Assembly (NCBI GenBank): GCA_963752285.1
Contig: CAVVXN010000003.1
Location: 1-64,000 of the forward strand
Origin: an uncultured Planctomycetota bacterium
GTDB lineage: Bacteria > Planctomycetota > PLA2 > JAEUHO01
Direction of reading: 5' to 3'
Length of the DNA: 64,000 bases
Position 1 is the stretch's first letter, and every line of letters starts with the position of its first letter. The notes below the pieces were generated by a model. That model worked only from the letters and a program-made list of their open reading frames with translations. It was not told where the DNA came from and searched no databases. A program made the translations under genes and the position numbers. Positions 1-10,866 of this stretch are shown here, in pieces.

Positions 1-3000
1 GACTACAACCAGTATGGGGCGATGGTTTCGGCTACTGACCCCCGCGGCGCGACCACGTCGATCACCGTGGATGCCGAGAACTACGTCACGGAGGTGCAAG
101 CGGCCTCTCCCCTCTCGTACCGACGGAGGCTCACGTACGATGCGAACCGGCGCGTGACGCTTCGCGAAGCGGAGAACCTCGATCGGCACGGCACGCAGGA
201 CCCGACGACTCCCTGGATCGGCACGTCCTACGCCTACGACACTTCGGGCCGCACTCTCGCGATGACGGCAGAACTCAACGCGACCACGAGCGCGACGACG
301 ACCTGGGTCTACGATGGAAGCGGGGACCTCCTGTCGGTGACGAACCCGGAGGGCGGGGTCACGAGCTTACGAGTGGGACGAGCGCCACCTCCCCTTCAAG
401 GTCCACCTCGGCGCTGGGAGTGCGACCGAAGGGACCATCGAGCTCGCCTACGACCTCAACGGGTCGCTCGTGAGCCGGAAGGACCCGCGCTCCTACGAGA
501 CCGCCTACGAGTACGACCCCTTCGGCCGGCTCACGCGCGCAACAGACGCCCTGGGCGGCTACCGGTTTCTCCAGTACGACGCGTCGGGGAACCCGACGCT
601 CGCCGAGGCCCATGACCCGCAAGGAGTGCTCCAGGCGCGAACGAGTCGCTACTTCGACGAGGCGGACCGGCTCTGGAAGGTCGTCGAGGATCGCTTCGGG
701 CCGAACATCTCCGCGACGCAGCCGACGACGATCCTCACGAGAGATCCGACGGGGCGGGTCACCCAGATCATGGACCCCCATCGAACGGCACGAGCTACTC
801 GTACGACACGGCGGGCCGTCTGACGCAGATCCTCGACGCGATCGGCGACCACGACGACTTCTACTACGATGCGAACGGGAACGTCACGAGCCGGTCCCAC
901 ACCGATCTCCCGGCTGGCGGCGGGAGCGAGACCTTCGTGACGGAGTTCGACTACGACGTGATCAACCGCATAACGGAGAAGCGGGAGATCGACCGGCTGA
1001 ACGCCCAGAGCGTCCTCACGACCCACTATGGCTACGACAGCCGCAACAATCTGACTTGGCGGCTCGACGCCGAGAACCACCCGGTGCGCTGGGCCTACGA
1101 CCTCGAGGATCGGCTCGTGAGCTACGAGCGAGCCCTCCAGACGGGCCAGACGATCGAGGACTTCACTCAGTCGATCACCGAGACCTTCCAGTATGACCGC
1201 GACGACCGACTCGTGGGGCTCACCGACGACAACTTCGACTCGACCACATACCAGTACGACGAGCGGGGCCGTCGGACGAGAGTCACCTACGCGGACTCGA
1301 GGTACGTGGAGACTCAGTACGACGCGAACTCCAACGTGTCCCGGTGGACCGACGAAAATGGTACGGTAGTCCAGAACACGTTCGATGCGCTCAACCGGAA
1401 CACGTACGCGAGCGTCACGCGCGGGACCGGAGTGCTCGGGAGCACCTACGAGCAGTTCACGTATGACGCACTTGGGAGGATGCTGACGGCTGCGGACGAC
1501 GACTTCCAGGTCGAGCTTACGTGGGACAGCATGGGGAACGTCCTGAAGGATCGGCAGGGCTACAACGCGCAAGGGCAGGAGAAGTGGAAGGCAGTCACCA
1601 CGACCTGGTCGGATGCCGGGAGCGTCCAGAGCATCCTCTATCCGAGCACGTTCGCCGCGGCGCACACGAGGGACGCGATCTATCGGATGACGTCGCTCCA
1701 GGACGTGGGCGCGGGGACGAACATCGCGACTTTTACCCACCAGGGAGTCGGCAGGCTCGCCACGACCTCGAATCAGAACGGAACCTCGACGGACTACACC
1801 TGGGACGGCTTCGCCCGCATCCAGGACATCGACCACAAGCTCGGAGGCGGGCAGACGTTCCACAAGTTCACGTACGCGTACGACAAGGTCCACAAGCGGC
1901 GGATGGAGCAGAACACCTTCGACGCCACGTGGGTCGGGACGCTGCCCCAGGCCGTCCAGACCTTCCTAACGGCCCGGAACACCAAGGGGGACGTCTACGC
2001 CTACGACTGGGCGTATCGGCTCGCGGACGTCCGCTACGACACGAACAACCCCGTCCAGGAGGTTCAGACCCCGGGGAGCCAGGCGTTCGTGAAGAACACC
2101 CAGTACGTCATGGACGGGCTCGGGAACCGGAGCCAGGTCCTGACCTCCCCGCCGACCCCTCCCTCGACCGTGACGTACGCTTCGGACGTGGTCAACCAGT
2201 ACACCCAGGTCGGCGGCGTCACCCGGACCCACGACAACAACGGGAACCTCACGGACGACGGGACCTACCTCTTCGCGTACGACTTCGAGAACCGGCTCGT
2301 CGAGGTGAAGCTCAAGGCGACGCAGGCTCTCGTGGCATCGTACCGCTACGACGCGCTCGGGCGACGGGTCGAGAAGGCGGTATCCGGCGGCGCGACGACC
2401 CGCTACGTGCTCGACGGGCAAGAGGTCGTCGAGGAGTACGACGGGCAGGACGTCTGGCAAGCCCGCTATGTCTACGAGGACGGGATCGACCAGCCGCGAG
2501 CGATGGATCGAGCCGACGGTGCTGACGTCAACGGCAACGGGAACACGAGCGAGATCCTGCGTTTCACCTACGCCCAGAGCGCGAGGGGCGACGTCACGGA
2601 GATCACGCAACCGAGCGGTGCGGTCGTCGAGTGGACGACCTATGACGTCTACGGCCAACCGACGATCCGCGACTCACAGGGGGCGGTCGTTTCGCAAAGC
2701 GCGGTGGGGAACCCGTTCCTCTTCACGGGGCGGGAGTACGACGCCGAGACGAAGACCTACTACTTCCGCGCGCGCGCGTACGACCCGGCCACCGGGCGGT
2801 TCCTCCAGAGGGATCCCGCCGGGTTCGCCGGGGGACTGTCCCTCCACGAGTACGTGGGGTCGGACCCAGCATCGTCCGCCGATCCCTCGGGGCTTGCGCC
2901 GAAGGACAAGGAGAACAAGCCAGTCGAGTGGCTTCGTGATGCGGGCCAGGCGCTCCTGAAAGCTCAAACGGCTGAGGAAGCGGCATACAACGCCTACCTC

Positions 3001-3816
3001 GCGGCTTTGGACGCAGCGTACGCCGCAGGGGGCGCAGCCCTCGCTCTCGAGAAGCAGATCCACGATCTAGAGGAGCTGATCAAGAAGAAGGCGGAGGATG
3101 AGTGCTACGACCCGGCGGAGGATAACAAGAAGCTGGCCGAGTTGAAGGCGGCCCTGAAGGACGCGAGGGCGAAGCAAGCGGATGCGTGGCAAGCGGTCGA
3201 TGATGCGATCGCCGTTCTCGACCCCCTTGAGGACGCACTGGATGCCGCCGAAGCCGAATTTCACGCGGCAGCACAGAACTGGTGGGAGAAGAGCGGTGGT
3301 GAGCCCGGTCGTTTCCCGCGTGGAGATCTTGGGGCTCTTTCGCGAGAGGACTTCATGAGGCTGACCAAACTGGATCTGCTCGCGTTCGGCCCGGACTGGG
3401 CGGCGCGTGCGATTCAGGATGCCCCGACCTTGGTCGGCGAGTGTGGACATCCGCCCGGACATCCGGAAACCCCCTATTACGGCAACGGAGGCTACTATGG
3501 CATAACGATTGACGGCGATGATATGCTCGACGGGGCGTGGAGGGCCGGGGATGAATGGAGCCTGGCATCGACCTGGCTGCACGAGGCGCGACACTACTCG
3601 GAGGCCCACGACCCCGATTTCGCCGGGTGGGGGGATCAGGCTCCCGCGACGAGCGGCTGGCCAGAATACTACGAGGATCATCCTCCGGATTCGAGCCGAG
3701 GAGGTCTCCGCCCCGGGCTGGGGGGTGTCCGCCCTGGAATCAGCGGATGGAACGCCGTTGACTCGGACACGGCTGTGCACGTCGAGCATTGGGGCAGGGC
3801 ATGGCGGGGTCGTTAG
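1..3816 (+). CDS. Rhs/YD-repeat protein, module 1 (5' end outside window; compensating frameshifts near 367 and 778); C-terminal tip = coiled coil plus HExxH domain
   Basis: YD repeats in frames 22..615, 470..823 and 937..3816 align with the module 2 core. Core end FTGREYD...[20 protein letters not shown]...DPSGL at 2881. Tip contains WLHEARHY. Confidence 0.9.
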
Positions 3817-3827
3817 GGGGGGGAGGC

Positions 3828-4496
3828 GTGCCGACCGGCGCGAGCGACGACTCCGCCCCTCTGGGTGAGGGGCAGTACTCCGCCGCAGAGTCTGGACGGA
3901 TCACGCTACCCGTGAGCCGATGGAAGAGTGTCCTCCTCGTCCTCCTGGTCGCCTCTTCCATCTTGGGCGCGATCTTCTGGACCACAGCACCTTCGAGTGG
4001 TCGGCGTCGGGGTGAAGGCTCGGGCTGGATCGATATTGGGCATGGGCCTATGCTCGTACGGATTCGCGTCCACGTGGTCGATGCTGAGGGTCGTCCCGTT
4101 GCCGGAGCTCGCGTCGTCCAGTCGCAGGGCCCAATGAGCACCGATCGGGACATTGACCTTCTTCAGCGAACTAGGATTACCCCGGACCTCGCGAAAGGTT
4201 TCAGGGCGGGGAGTCGGGACGCTATCGGCACCACGAATTCTCGTGGTGTGGCTGTCCTGGAGTACATCGCTGGGGAGGGATCGGAGCTCGCCTGGGTGGT
4301 CTCGGCCTTGCCTGGAGAGTTTCCCTTCGCGTGGTGGATTCGCGTGGACTCGCCAGCCTGCGGGACCATCATTCGGCCCTTGGATGATCCCAGGAACATA
4401 CACTTCGACCTGCATCCAGGTCCGATCGGACGAGGGCGTTACGGCGAGATTATGCGTGTCGGCGAGGCTGACTTCCAGGTCAGATGCGACAAGTAG
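3828..4496 (+). CDS. Membrane-anchored protein with carboxypeptidase-regulatory-like beta domain; candidate partner/immunity of Rhs tip 1
   Basis: Starts just after the Rhs stop. One hydrophobic helix (VLLVLLVASSILGAIFW) and the motif VHVVDAEGRPVAGARV. Start uncertain. Confidence 0.6.
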   Translation: MPTGASDDSAPLGEGQYSAAESGRITLPVSRWKSVLLVLLVASSILGAIFWTTAPSSGRRRGEGSGWIDIGHGPMLVRIRVHVVDAEGRPVAGARVVQSQGPMSTDRDIDLLQRTRITPDLAKGFRAGSRDAIGTTNSRGVAVLEYIAGEGSELAWVVSALPGEFPFAWWIRVDSPACGTIIRPLDDPRNIHFDLHPGPIGRGRYGEIMRVGEADFQVRCDK

Positions 4497-5028
4497 AGGA
4501 GCTGCGTGGCCCGTTCGGATGGGAGAGCCCTGCCGAGCACTCGAACACGGGAGCCGTGGGTTCTCCTGCCGCGACCTGGGCCGCGGGAGGCGTGAGCGAG
4601 GCGGTGGCACCCACGCCCGCGCCGACCGTGCATGGGGCTCGATGTGGCTGAGGTTCTCCCCGCTGTCGTCAGGCGCCGCACACCCCGAAGCGTGCGGCTC
4701 GGTTGGCGGCCAGGCGGGTCGCTCAGGTCTGGCGGTGCCGGGTCGCGGAGAGAGATCGGGCACGCGCACCGCGACCGCCCCGGGTCTGGACAGGCCGCTG
4801 CAGATCGGCTTCGTGCCGGGCCTCGCGGCGCTCTCGCTCGCCCAGTTCGGGCGTTCACCGTTTGATCGGCCCTCTGACCTACCCTTAGTGCCATCGGGCG
4901 CCGCCCGCAGAAGGCCATTTCATGCGGGTCTTATGGACATTGCCAGGGGATTCATAGGCCCCTCGCCGTGGCGTCCGCGAGGGGCTGACCTTGCATGCCG
5001 CGAAGCCTCCGGCGTAGAGTCGAGCCCG

Positions 5029-6066
5029 ATGTCGGGAGCCACCAACCGCCGGCGCGTCCTGAGGGCTGGAGTCGCAGCCCTGGCCCTCGTGGTCCTGGGT
5101 GTCGTCCTGCTCCCGTCGTTTGCTCGCAGGAACGACGAGCCGCGCGGGGCCAACGTGACACGGGGGGGCGCCGCGTACGCGGGGGAGCCGACGCTGGTAG
5201 GCCGTCCTCCGACCCCGTCAGCATCGAAGCGGCAAGAGGTGGCGCCACAGCCGACCCCGACACGGGACGCGTCCGGCTCCGACGGCGAGTTCGCGAAGAT
5301 GACGGACGTACGCCTCTTGCTCGTGCGTGGCGACGGCAGCGAGGAGGGCGTGGCCATTGACCACATCGGCGTCCTTGATCCGCGACCTCCCTTTCTCCCG
5401 GAGCTGGATGCCCCGACTCACGTGAGCGTCACACCAGGAATCGTACTCCACGTTTACACGCACGATGCCCGGGCGTTCGACGACTGCGTATCGGTGACGG
5501 TTCCCGATCCGGTCCCGGAGACGATGGTGGTCCGGATTCCGGCACGAGACGATCCCCGCTTGGCTCAGGTACGCCTGGAGATCGTGGACTCCGAGACGGG
5601 CGCACCGCTCCCCGAAGCGAAGCTCGACTGGATGGACCCAGACGCGCCTGTGGCCACGCAGAGCGCCGATGATCAGGGGTACATCGTCGTCCGGTCGCCG
5701 AGCCCGTCTCCCGGCGAGCCGGTCGTTCCGGCGCTGTCGTTCCTCGTCGCAGCCGGCGCCAGCGTCCACGCATCGGGATACGAGCCGGTCGTTCTCTTCA
5801 ACGACAGGGGCCATGGTACGGGGTTCGCACGCTCTGCCTGCCGGCGGGGCGCGGCCCTGTCGGACGTCGGGCCTCTCCGCGCCACCGACATGCAGGCTTC
5901 CCTCGCCACGGGCACCTTAGCAGGGGTGTCGCGGGACGGGCGGCAGGCACTCATCTTCTGCGAGCGCGCGCCACGCTTTCGCGGTTTGCGCGGGTACTTC
6001 CTATTAATGGAGTCGCGGGACGGAGAGTGGCGCGTTGTCGATGAGAAGATGCACTGGGTCTCGTGA
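5029..6066 (+). CDS. Membrane-anchored hypothetical protein with carboxypeptidase-regulatory-like domain
   Basis: ATG at 5029, N-terminal TM (AGVAALALVVLGVVLLP), motif LEIVDSETGAPLPEA. Confidence 0.6.
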   Translation: MSGATNRRRVLRAGVAALALVVLGVVLLPSFARRNDEPRGANVTRGGAAYAGEPTLVGRPPTPSASKRQEVAPQPTPTRDASGSDGEFAKMTDVRLLLVRGDGSEEGVAIDHIGVLDPRPPFLPELDAPTHVSVTPGIVLHVYTHDARAFDDCVSVTVPDPVPETMVVRIPARDDPRLAQVRLEIVDSETGAPLPEAKLDWMDPDAPVATQSADDQGYIVVRSPSPSPGEPVVPALSFLVAAGASVHASGYEPVVLFNDRGHGTGFARSACRRGAALSDVGPLRATDMQASLATGTLAGVSRDGRQALIFCERAPRFRGLRGYFLLMESRDGEWRVVDEKMHWVS

Positions 6067-6122
6067 GAGGGGCGGCGCGGCGCCTGGGCTGGTTGCGTGT
6101 CATCCCGCCTTTGCGGATAATG

Positions 6123-6172
6123 GGTGCTACGCGTCACGACATTCGGGGCATTCCGTTCGACCTCTCGACAGC
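6123..6172 (+). repeat. Degenerate 50-bp inter-module repeat, copy 1 (copy 2 at 13022-13071)
   Basis: 40/50 identical by eye; the last 18 bp (GTTCGACCTCTCGACAGC) are identical. Confidence 0.85.
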
Positions 6173-6239
6173 CCCGGCAGGGCGCGGGGCGGTCCCGCCG
6201 GGGGGCACGGTCTGATGCGCGCGGGGCGCCCTGCGGTTG

Positions 6240-6371
6240 CGCGGCGGGCCGACTCGGACACGTCGGTTCAGGCGCAGACGACGCATCGTCGTGCTCGGTT
6301 CCCGGCGATGCGCCGAGCTCGCGCGTCGGCGCGGTGGGCGGCGAGGCGGTCGGGGACGTGTTCGGTGGTCA
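6240..6371 (+). repeat. 132-bp direct repeat, copy 1 (copy 2 at 14849-14980)
   Basis: CGCGGCGGGCCGACTCGGACACG...GTGTTCGGTGGTCA is present at both sites. Confidence 0.9.
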
Positions 6372-6489
6372 TCCGATCGATCGCCGCGTGCGGGGTGTCG
6401 GGCCTCTGCGGCGAGGCGGGACGGCCCCGGAAGCGGTGGAAGACGCTGGCCGCGCTGAGGTTGCGTCGGGAACGAGCGCGGCGGGAGAC

Positions 6490-6735
6490 GTGAAGCTCGT
6501 CCCGTTCTACGGAGCCGAGGGCCGCGTCACCGGTGTGCGCGTGACCGGCGTTCGCGGAGAGAGCCAGATTGCGCAACTCGGCCTCAAGCCGGGAGATGTG
6601 ATCGAGCGTATCGGGGACCACGCCGTCTCGGACGTTTCGCGTGCTCTCGCCGCATTTGGAAACGAGGTGACCGGCGACGTGCGCGTGCGGCGTGTTGCGG
6701 GCGCGCAGCAGGCAACACTGACGCTGTCGCGCTAG
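6490..6735 (+). CDS. Stand-alone PDZ domain (GspC C-terminal-like), possibly a gene remnant
   Basis: GVRVTGVRGESQIAQLGLKPGDVIERIG is a PDZ signature; GGGAG precedes the GTG. Confidence 0.55.
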   Translation: MKLVPFYGAEGRVTGVRVTGVRGESQIAQLGLKPGDVIERIGDHAVSDVSRALAAFGNEVTGDVRVRRVAGAQQATLTLSR

Positions 6736-6874
6736 GGAACGCCGCGCTGCAAGATTGTGGCAACCCCTACGAATTCCTCATGGATCGGGTCGGTCCCCAC
6801 TTGCGCTGTGACGTAGGCGGCGCCACTCTCCCCCTCGGACGAGATGGTGCCGTACGAGAAGGGAGGTCGCGCTC

Positions 6875-9800
6875 ATGCGTTCCTCGAGGAGGTGGGGTCC
6901 TCTCGCGGTGGTGCTCGTCGTGGGAGGCGGTGCCTGGCTCCTCGCGGACGTGACGGAGCAGCCGTCGTTCGTGAACGAGCTCTCGAACGCCGACGGGAGC
7001 GCGCGTGAGGCGACGATCGCGCAGCTCGCCTCGGAGCCGTCGCGACTCTCGGACATGCTCGACGTCCTCGACGGTGACGCGTCGGCGCTCGTGAAGGCCG
7101 GCCTCGCCGAGGCGATCGGGAGGATGAGCCTCTCGACGAGCAGCCTCTCGGGGGTCGTGTCGCTCGCATCGTCCACGGATACGGTGACGCGGGCGGCGGC
7201 GGTCCGGACCCGCGGGGGAACGTCACCGTCTACCAGGTCGACGCCCAGGGCAACACGACGCAGATCCAGCGCCCCACGGTGACGAGCCCGAGCACGCAGA
7301 CGATCACCGAGACGTTCTCCTTCGACGGCCGGGGCCGGATCACGAATGCGACCGACGGCGCCGGCCGGACGGTCGACTTCTCGTACTACACGACCGGGTC
7401 CCACGCCGGCTACCTCCAGTCGGTGACGAAGGACCAAGCCGGGCTCGCGCTCACGACCACGCTCGACTACAGCCAGTACGGGGACGTCGTGTCGGTGACG
7501 GACGCGCGCGGGGCGACGACCGCCATATCCGTCGACGCGGAGGGCTACGTGACGGAGGTCCAGGCGCCGTCGCCCCTCTCGTACCGACGGAAGTTGACCT
7601 ACGACGCCGACCGTCGCGTGACCCTCGTCGAGGTCGAGAACGTCGACCGGCACGGGACCCAAGACCCGACGACGCCGTGGATCGACACGTCGTTCACCTA
7701 CGACATCGTGGGGCGGATGCTCACGAGGGCCGTGGACCTGACCGCGAGCACGACGGCGACCACGACCTGGGCCTACGACGGAAGCGGCGAAGTCATCTCC
7801 GTGACGAAGCCCGAGGGCGGGGTCACGAGCTACGAGTGGGACGAACGCCACCTCGCCTACAAGATCCACCTCGGAGCCGGGAGCGCGGTCGAGGGGACCA
7901 TCGAGTACGCCTACAACTTGAACGGCTCGCTCGCGACCTCGAAAAACCCGCGCGCGTACGAGACCACGTACGATCACGACCTGTTCGACCGTCGGACGCG
8001 CGTCACGGACGCCCTCGGCGCGTACCGGGCGTTTCAATACGACAAGTCGGGGAACCAGACACTCGTCGAGGCCTCCGACAGCCAGGCGACGCTCCTCGCG
8101 CGGACGACGCGTTACTTCGACGAGGTGGACCGGCTCTGGAAGACGGTCGACGACCGCTTCGGCCCGAACCTCACGCCGAGTCAGCCGACCGCGATCGTCA
8201 CGAGGGACCCATCGGGCCTCGTGACCCAGGTCACGGACCCGCTCTCGAACGCCACGAGCTACTCGTTCGACGCCGCGGCACGCCTCGTCCAGGTCCTCGA
8301 CGCGATGGGCGACCACGACGACTTCTCCCTCGACGCGAACGGGAACGTCACGACCCGCTCCCACACCGACCTCCCGGCCGGGGGCGGGAGCGAGACGTTC
8401 GTGACGGAGTTCGACTACGACGCGATCAACCGCGTGACCCAGAGGCGCGAGATCGACCGGTCGAACGGCCAGAACGTTCTCACGACGAATCTCGGCTACG
8501 ACAGCCGAAACGACCTGACGTGGCGGCTCGACGCCGAGTCGCACCCCGTCCGCTGGACGTACGACCTCGCGAGCCGGCTCGTCGGCTACGAGCGGGCGCT
8601 CCAGACCGGCCAGACGATCGAGGACTTCACGCAGTCGATCACGGAGAGCTTCCAGTACGACGGCAATGATCGATTGACGGGCCTGACCGATGACAACTTC
8701 AATTCCACCTCCTATCAATTCGACGCGCGAGACCGCCAGACCCGCGTGACGTATGCGGATTCACGATACGTGGACACCCAGTACGACCCGGCCTCGAACG
8801 TGTCGCAGTGGACCGATCAGAACGGGACTGTCGTGCAGAACACGTTCGACGCGCTCGACCGGAAGACGTATGCGAGCGTCACGCGGGGGACCGGCGTGCT
8901 CGGGAGCACGTTCGAGCAGTTCACCTACGACGCCCTCGGGAGGGCGCTCACCGCCGTCGACGACGACTTCCAGGTTGAGCTCACCTGGGACAGCGTGGGG
9001 AACCTCTTGAAGGAGCGCCAGGGCTACAACGCCCAGGGACAGGAGAAGTGGAAGAGCGTCACGACATCGTGGTCGGACGCCTCGAGTGTGCAGAGCGTCC
9101 TCTACCCGAGCGCCTTCGCGGCCGCCCACACGAGGGACGCGACCTACCGCATGACCGCGCTCCAGGACGTGGGCGCGGGGACGAACATCGCGAGCTTCAC
9201 CTACCAGGGGGCGGGCCGGCTCGCCACCACCTCGAACCAGAACGGGACCTCGACGGACTACACTTGGGACGGCTTCGCCCGGATCCAGGACATCGACCAC
9301 AAGCTCGGGACCGGCCAGACGCTCCACAAGTTCACCTACGCCTACGACAAGGTCCACAACCGGCGGATGGAGCAGAACACGTTCGACGCCACCTGGGTCG
9401 GGACCCTTCCGCAGGCCGTCCAGACCTTCCTCGCGGCCCGGAACACGAAGGGCGATGTCTACGCCTATGACTGGGCCTACCGCCTGACGGACGTCCGCTA
9501 CGACACCACGAACCCCCTCCAAGAGGTCCAGAACCCCGGAAGCCAGAGCTTCGCCAAGAACACCCAGTACGTGCTCGACGGCCTCGGGAACCGGAGCCAG
9601 ACGCTCACGACCCCGCCGACCCCGCCCTCGACCGTGACGTACGCTTCGGACGTGGTGAACCAGTACACCCAGGTTGGCGGCGTCACCCGGACCCACGACA
9701 ACAACGGCAACCTGACCGACGACGGGACGTACCTCTTCGCGTACGACTTCGAGAACCGGCTGGTGGAGGTCAAGCTCAAGGCGACGCAGGCCGTGATCGC

Positions 9801-10855
9801 GACGTACCGCTACGACGCGCTCGGCCGCCGGGTCGAGAAGGCCGTGACGGGCGGCGCGACGACCCGCTACGTGCTCGACGGGCAGCAGGTGATCGAGGAG
9901 TACGACGGAAACGACGTCTGGCAGGCCCGCTACATCTACGAGGACGGGATCGACCGGCCGCGCGTCATGGACCGGGCCGACCAGGCGGACGTGAACGGGA
10001 ACCAGAACACGACCGAGGTGCTCCGGTTCACCTACCACCAGCAGGCGCTGGGGTCGGTGACGGAGATCTCGGAGCCGGGCGGGAGCGTCGTCGAGTGGGT
10101 GAGCTACGACGTCTACGGGAAGCCCACGATCCTCGACCCGCAGGGGAACGTCGTCTCCCAGAGCCCGGTCGGGAACCCGTTCCTGTTCACTGGGCGGGAG
10201 TACGACTCGGAGGATGGACTGTACTTACTACCGCGCGAGGATGTATGACTCTGGAACGGGGGCGTTCTTGCAGCGAGACCCGCTCGGTTTCGCGGATGGG
10301 TTCGACCAGTACCTAGCATTTGGCGCCTCCCCCGCGAGATACCCGGATCCGATGGGTTTGAGCAAACCTCATCCTGCTGGTGGAGGTGGGGGCGCTCCCA
10401 TGGGGACACCATGGGGACTTGAGGGGAAGAACTGGGATGATCTGACGCTTGACGACATGAAGAGGTATTACGATACGCTCTTAGACTGGTGGTATTGGCA
10501 GGATCAGTACGTGCGGAGGCGTCTGGATAGAAAACTCGGTGCAGCGGCGCCCGGTGTGGGTGAGCCTATTCCTCCCAAGTTTGAAGATGGCTATCTCCTT
10601 GAAATAGAGTCCTGGCTACGGAAGTTGGCGGACCGTCTGCACCAGGCGGAGGTGGCAGCGTGGATAGCGGCTGGGCATGAGGGCCCGTCGCCTCGCTATC
10701 CGGTCGGGCCGTGGCCTCAGGGGGGCCCGCTGCCTCCGAAAGGGCGGCCGCGTCGGCTCCGGCCCCCACCCGAGGACATAAACGGTGGACAGGATCCTCC
10801 TTTCCCGCCTTCTCCCTCATGGCCCTGGCCGCGCCCACGGCCGGCTAGATGTTAG
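6875..10855 (+). pseudogene. Rhs module 2: signal peptide plus HEAT-like N-terminus joined out of frame (~7207) to the YD core; +1 frameshift at ~10225; Pro/Trp-rich tip
   Basis: GGAGGT RBS before ATG 6875. Core frame reads DPRGNVTVYQVDAQGN from 7207. GLY(t)YYRARMYD shows the extra base. DPMGL at 10346. Confidence 0.85.
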
Positions 10856-10866
10856 GAGTTCGCTGA

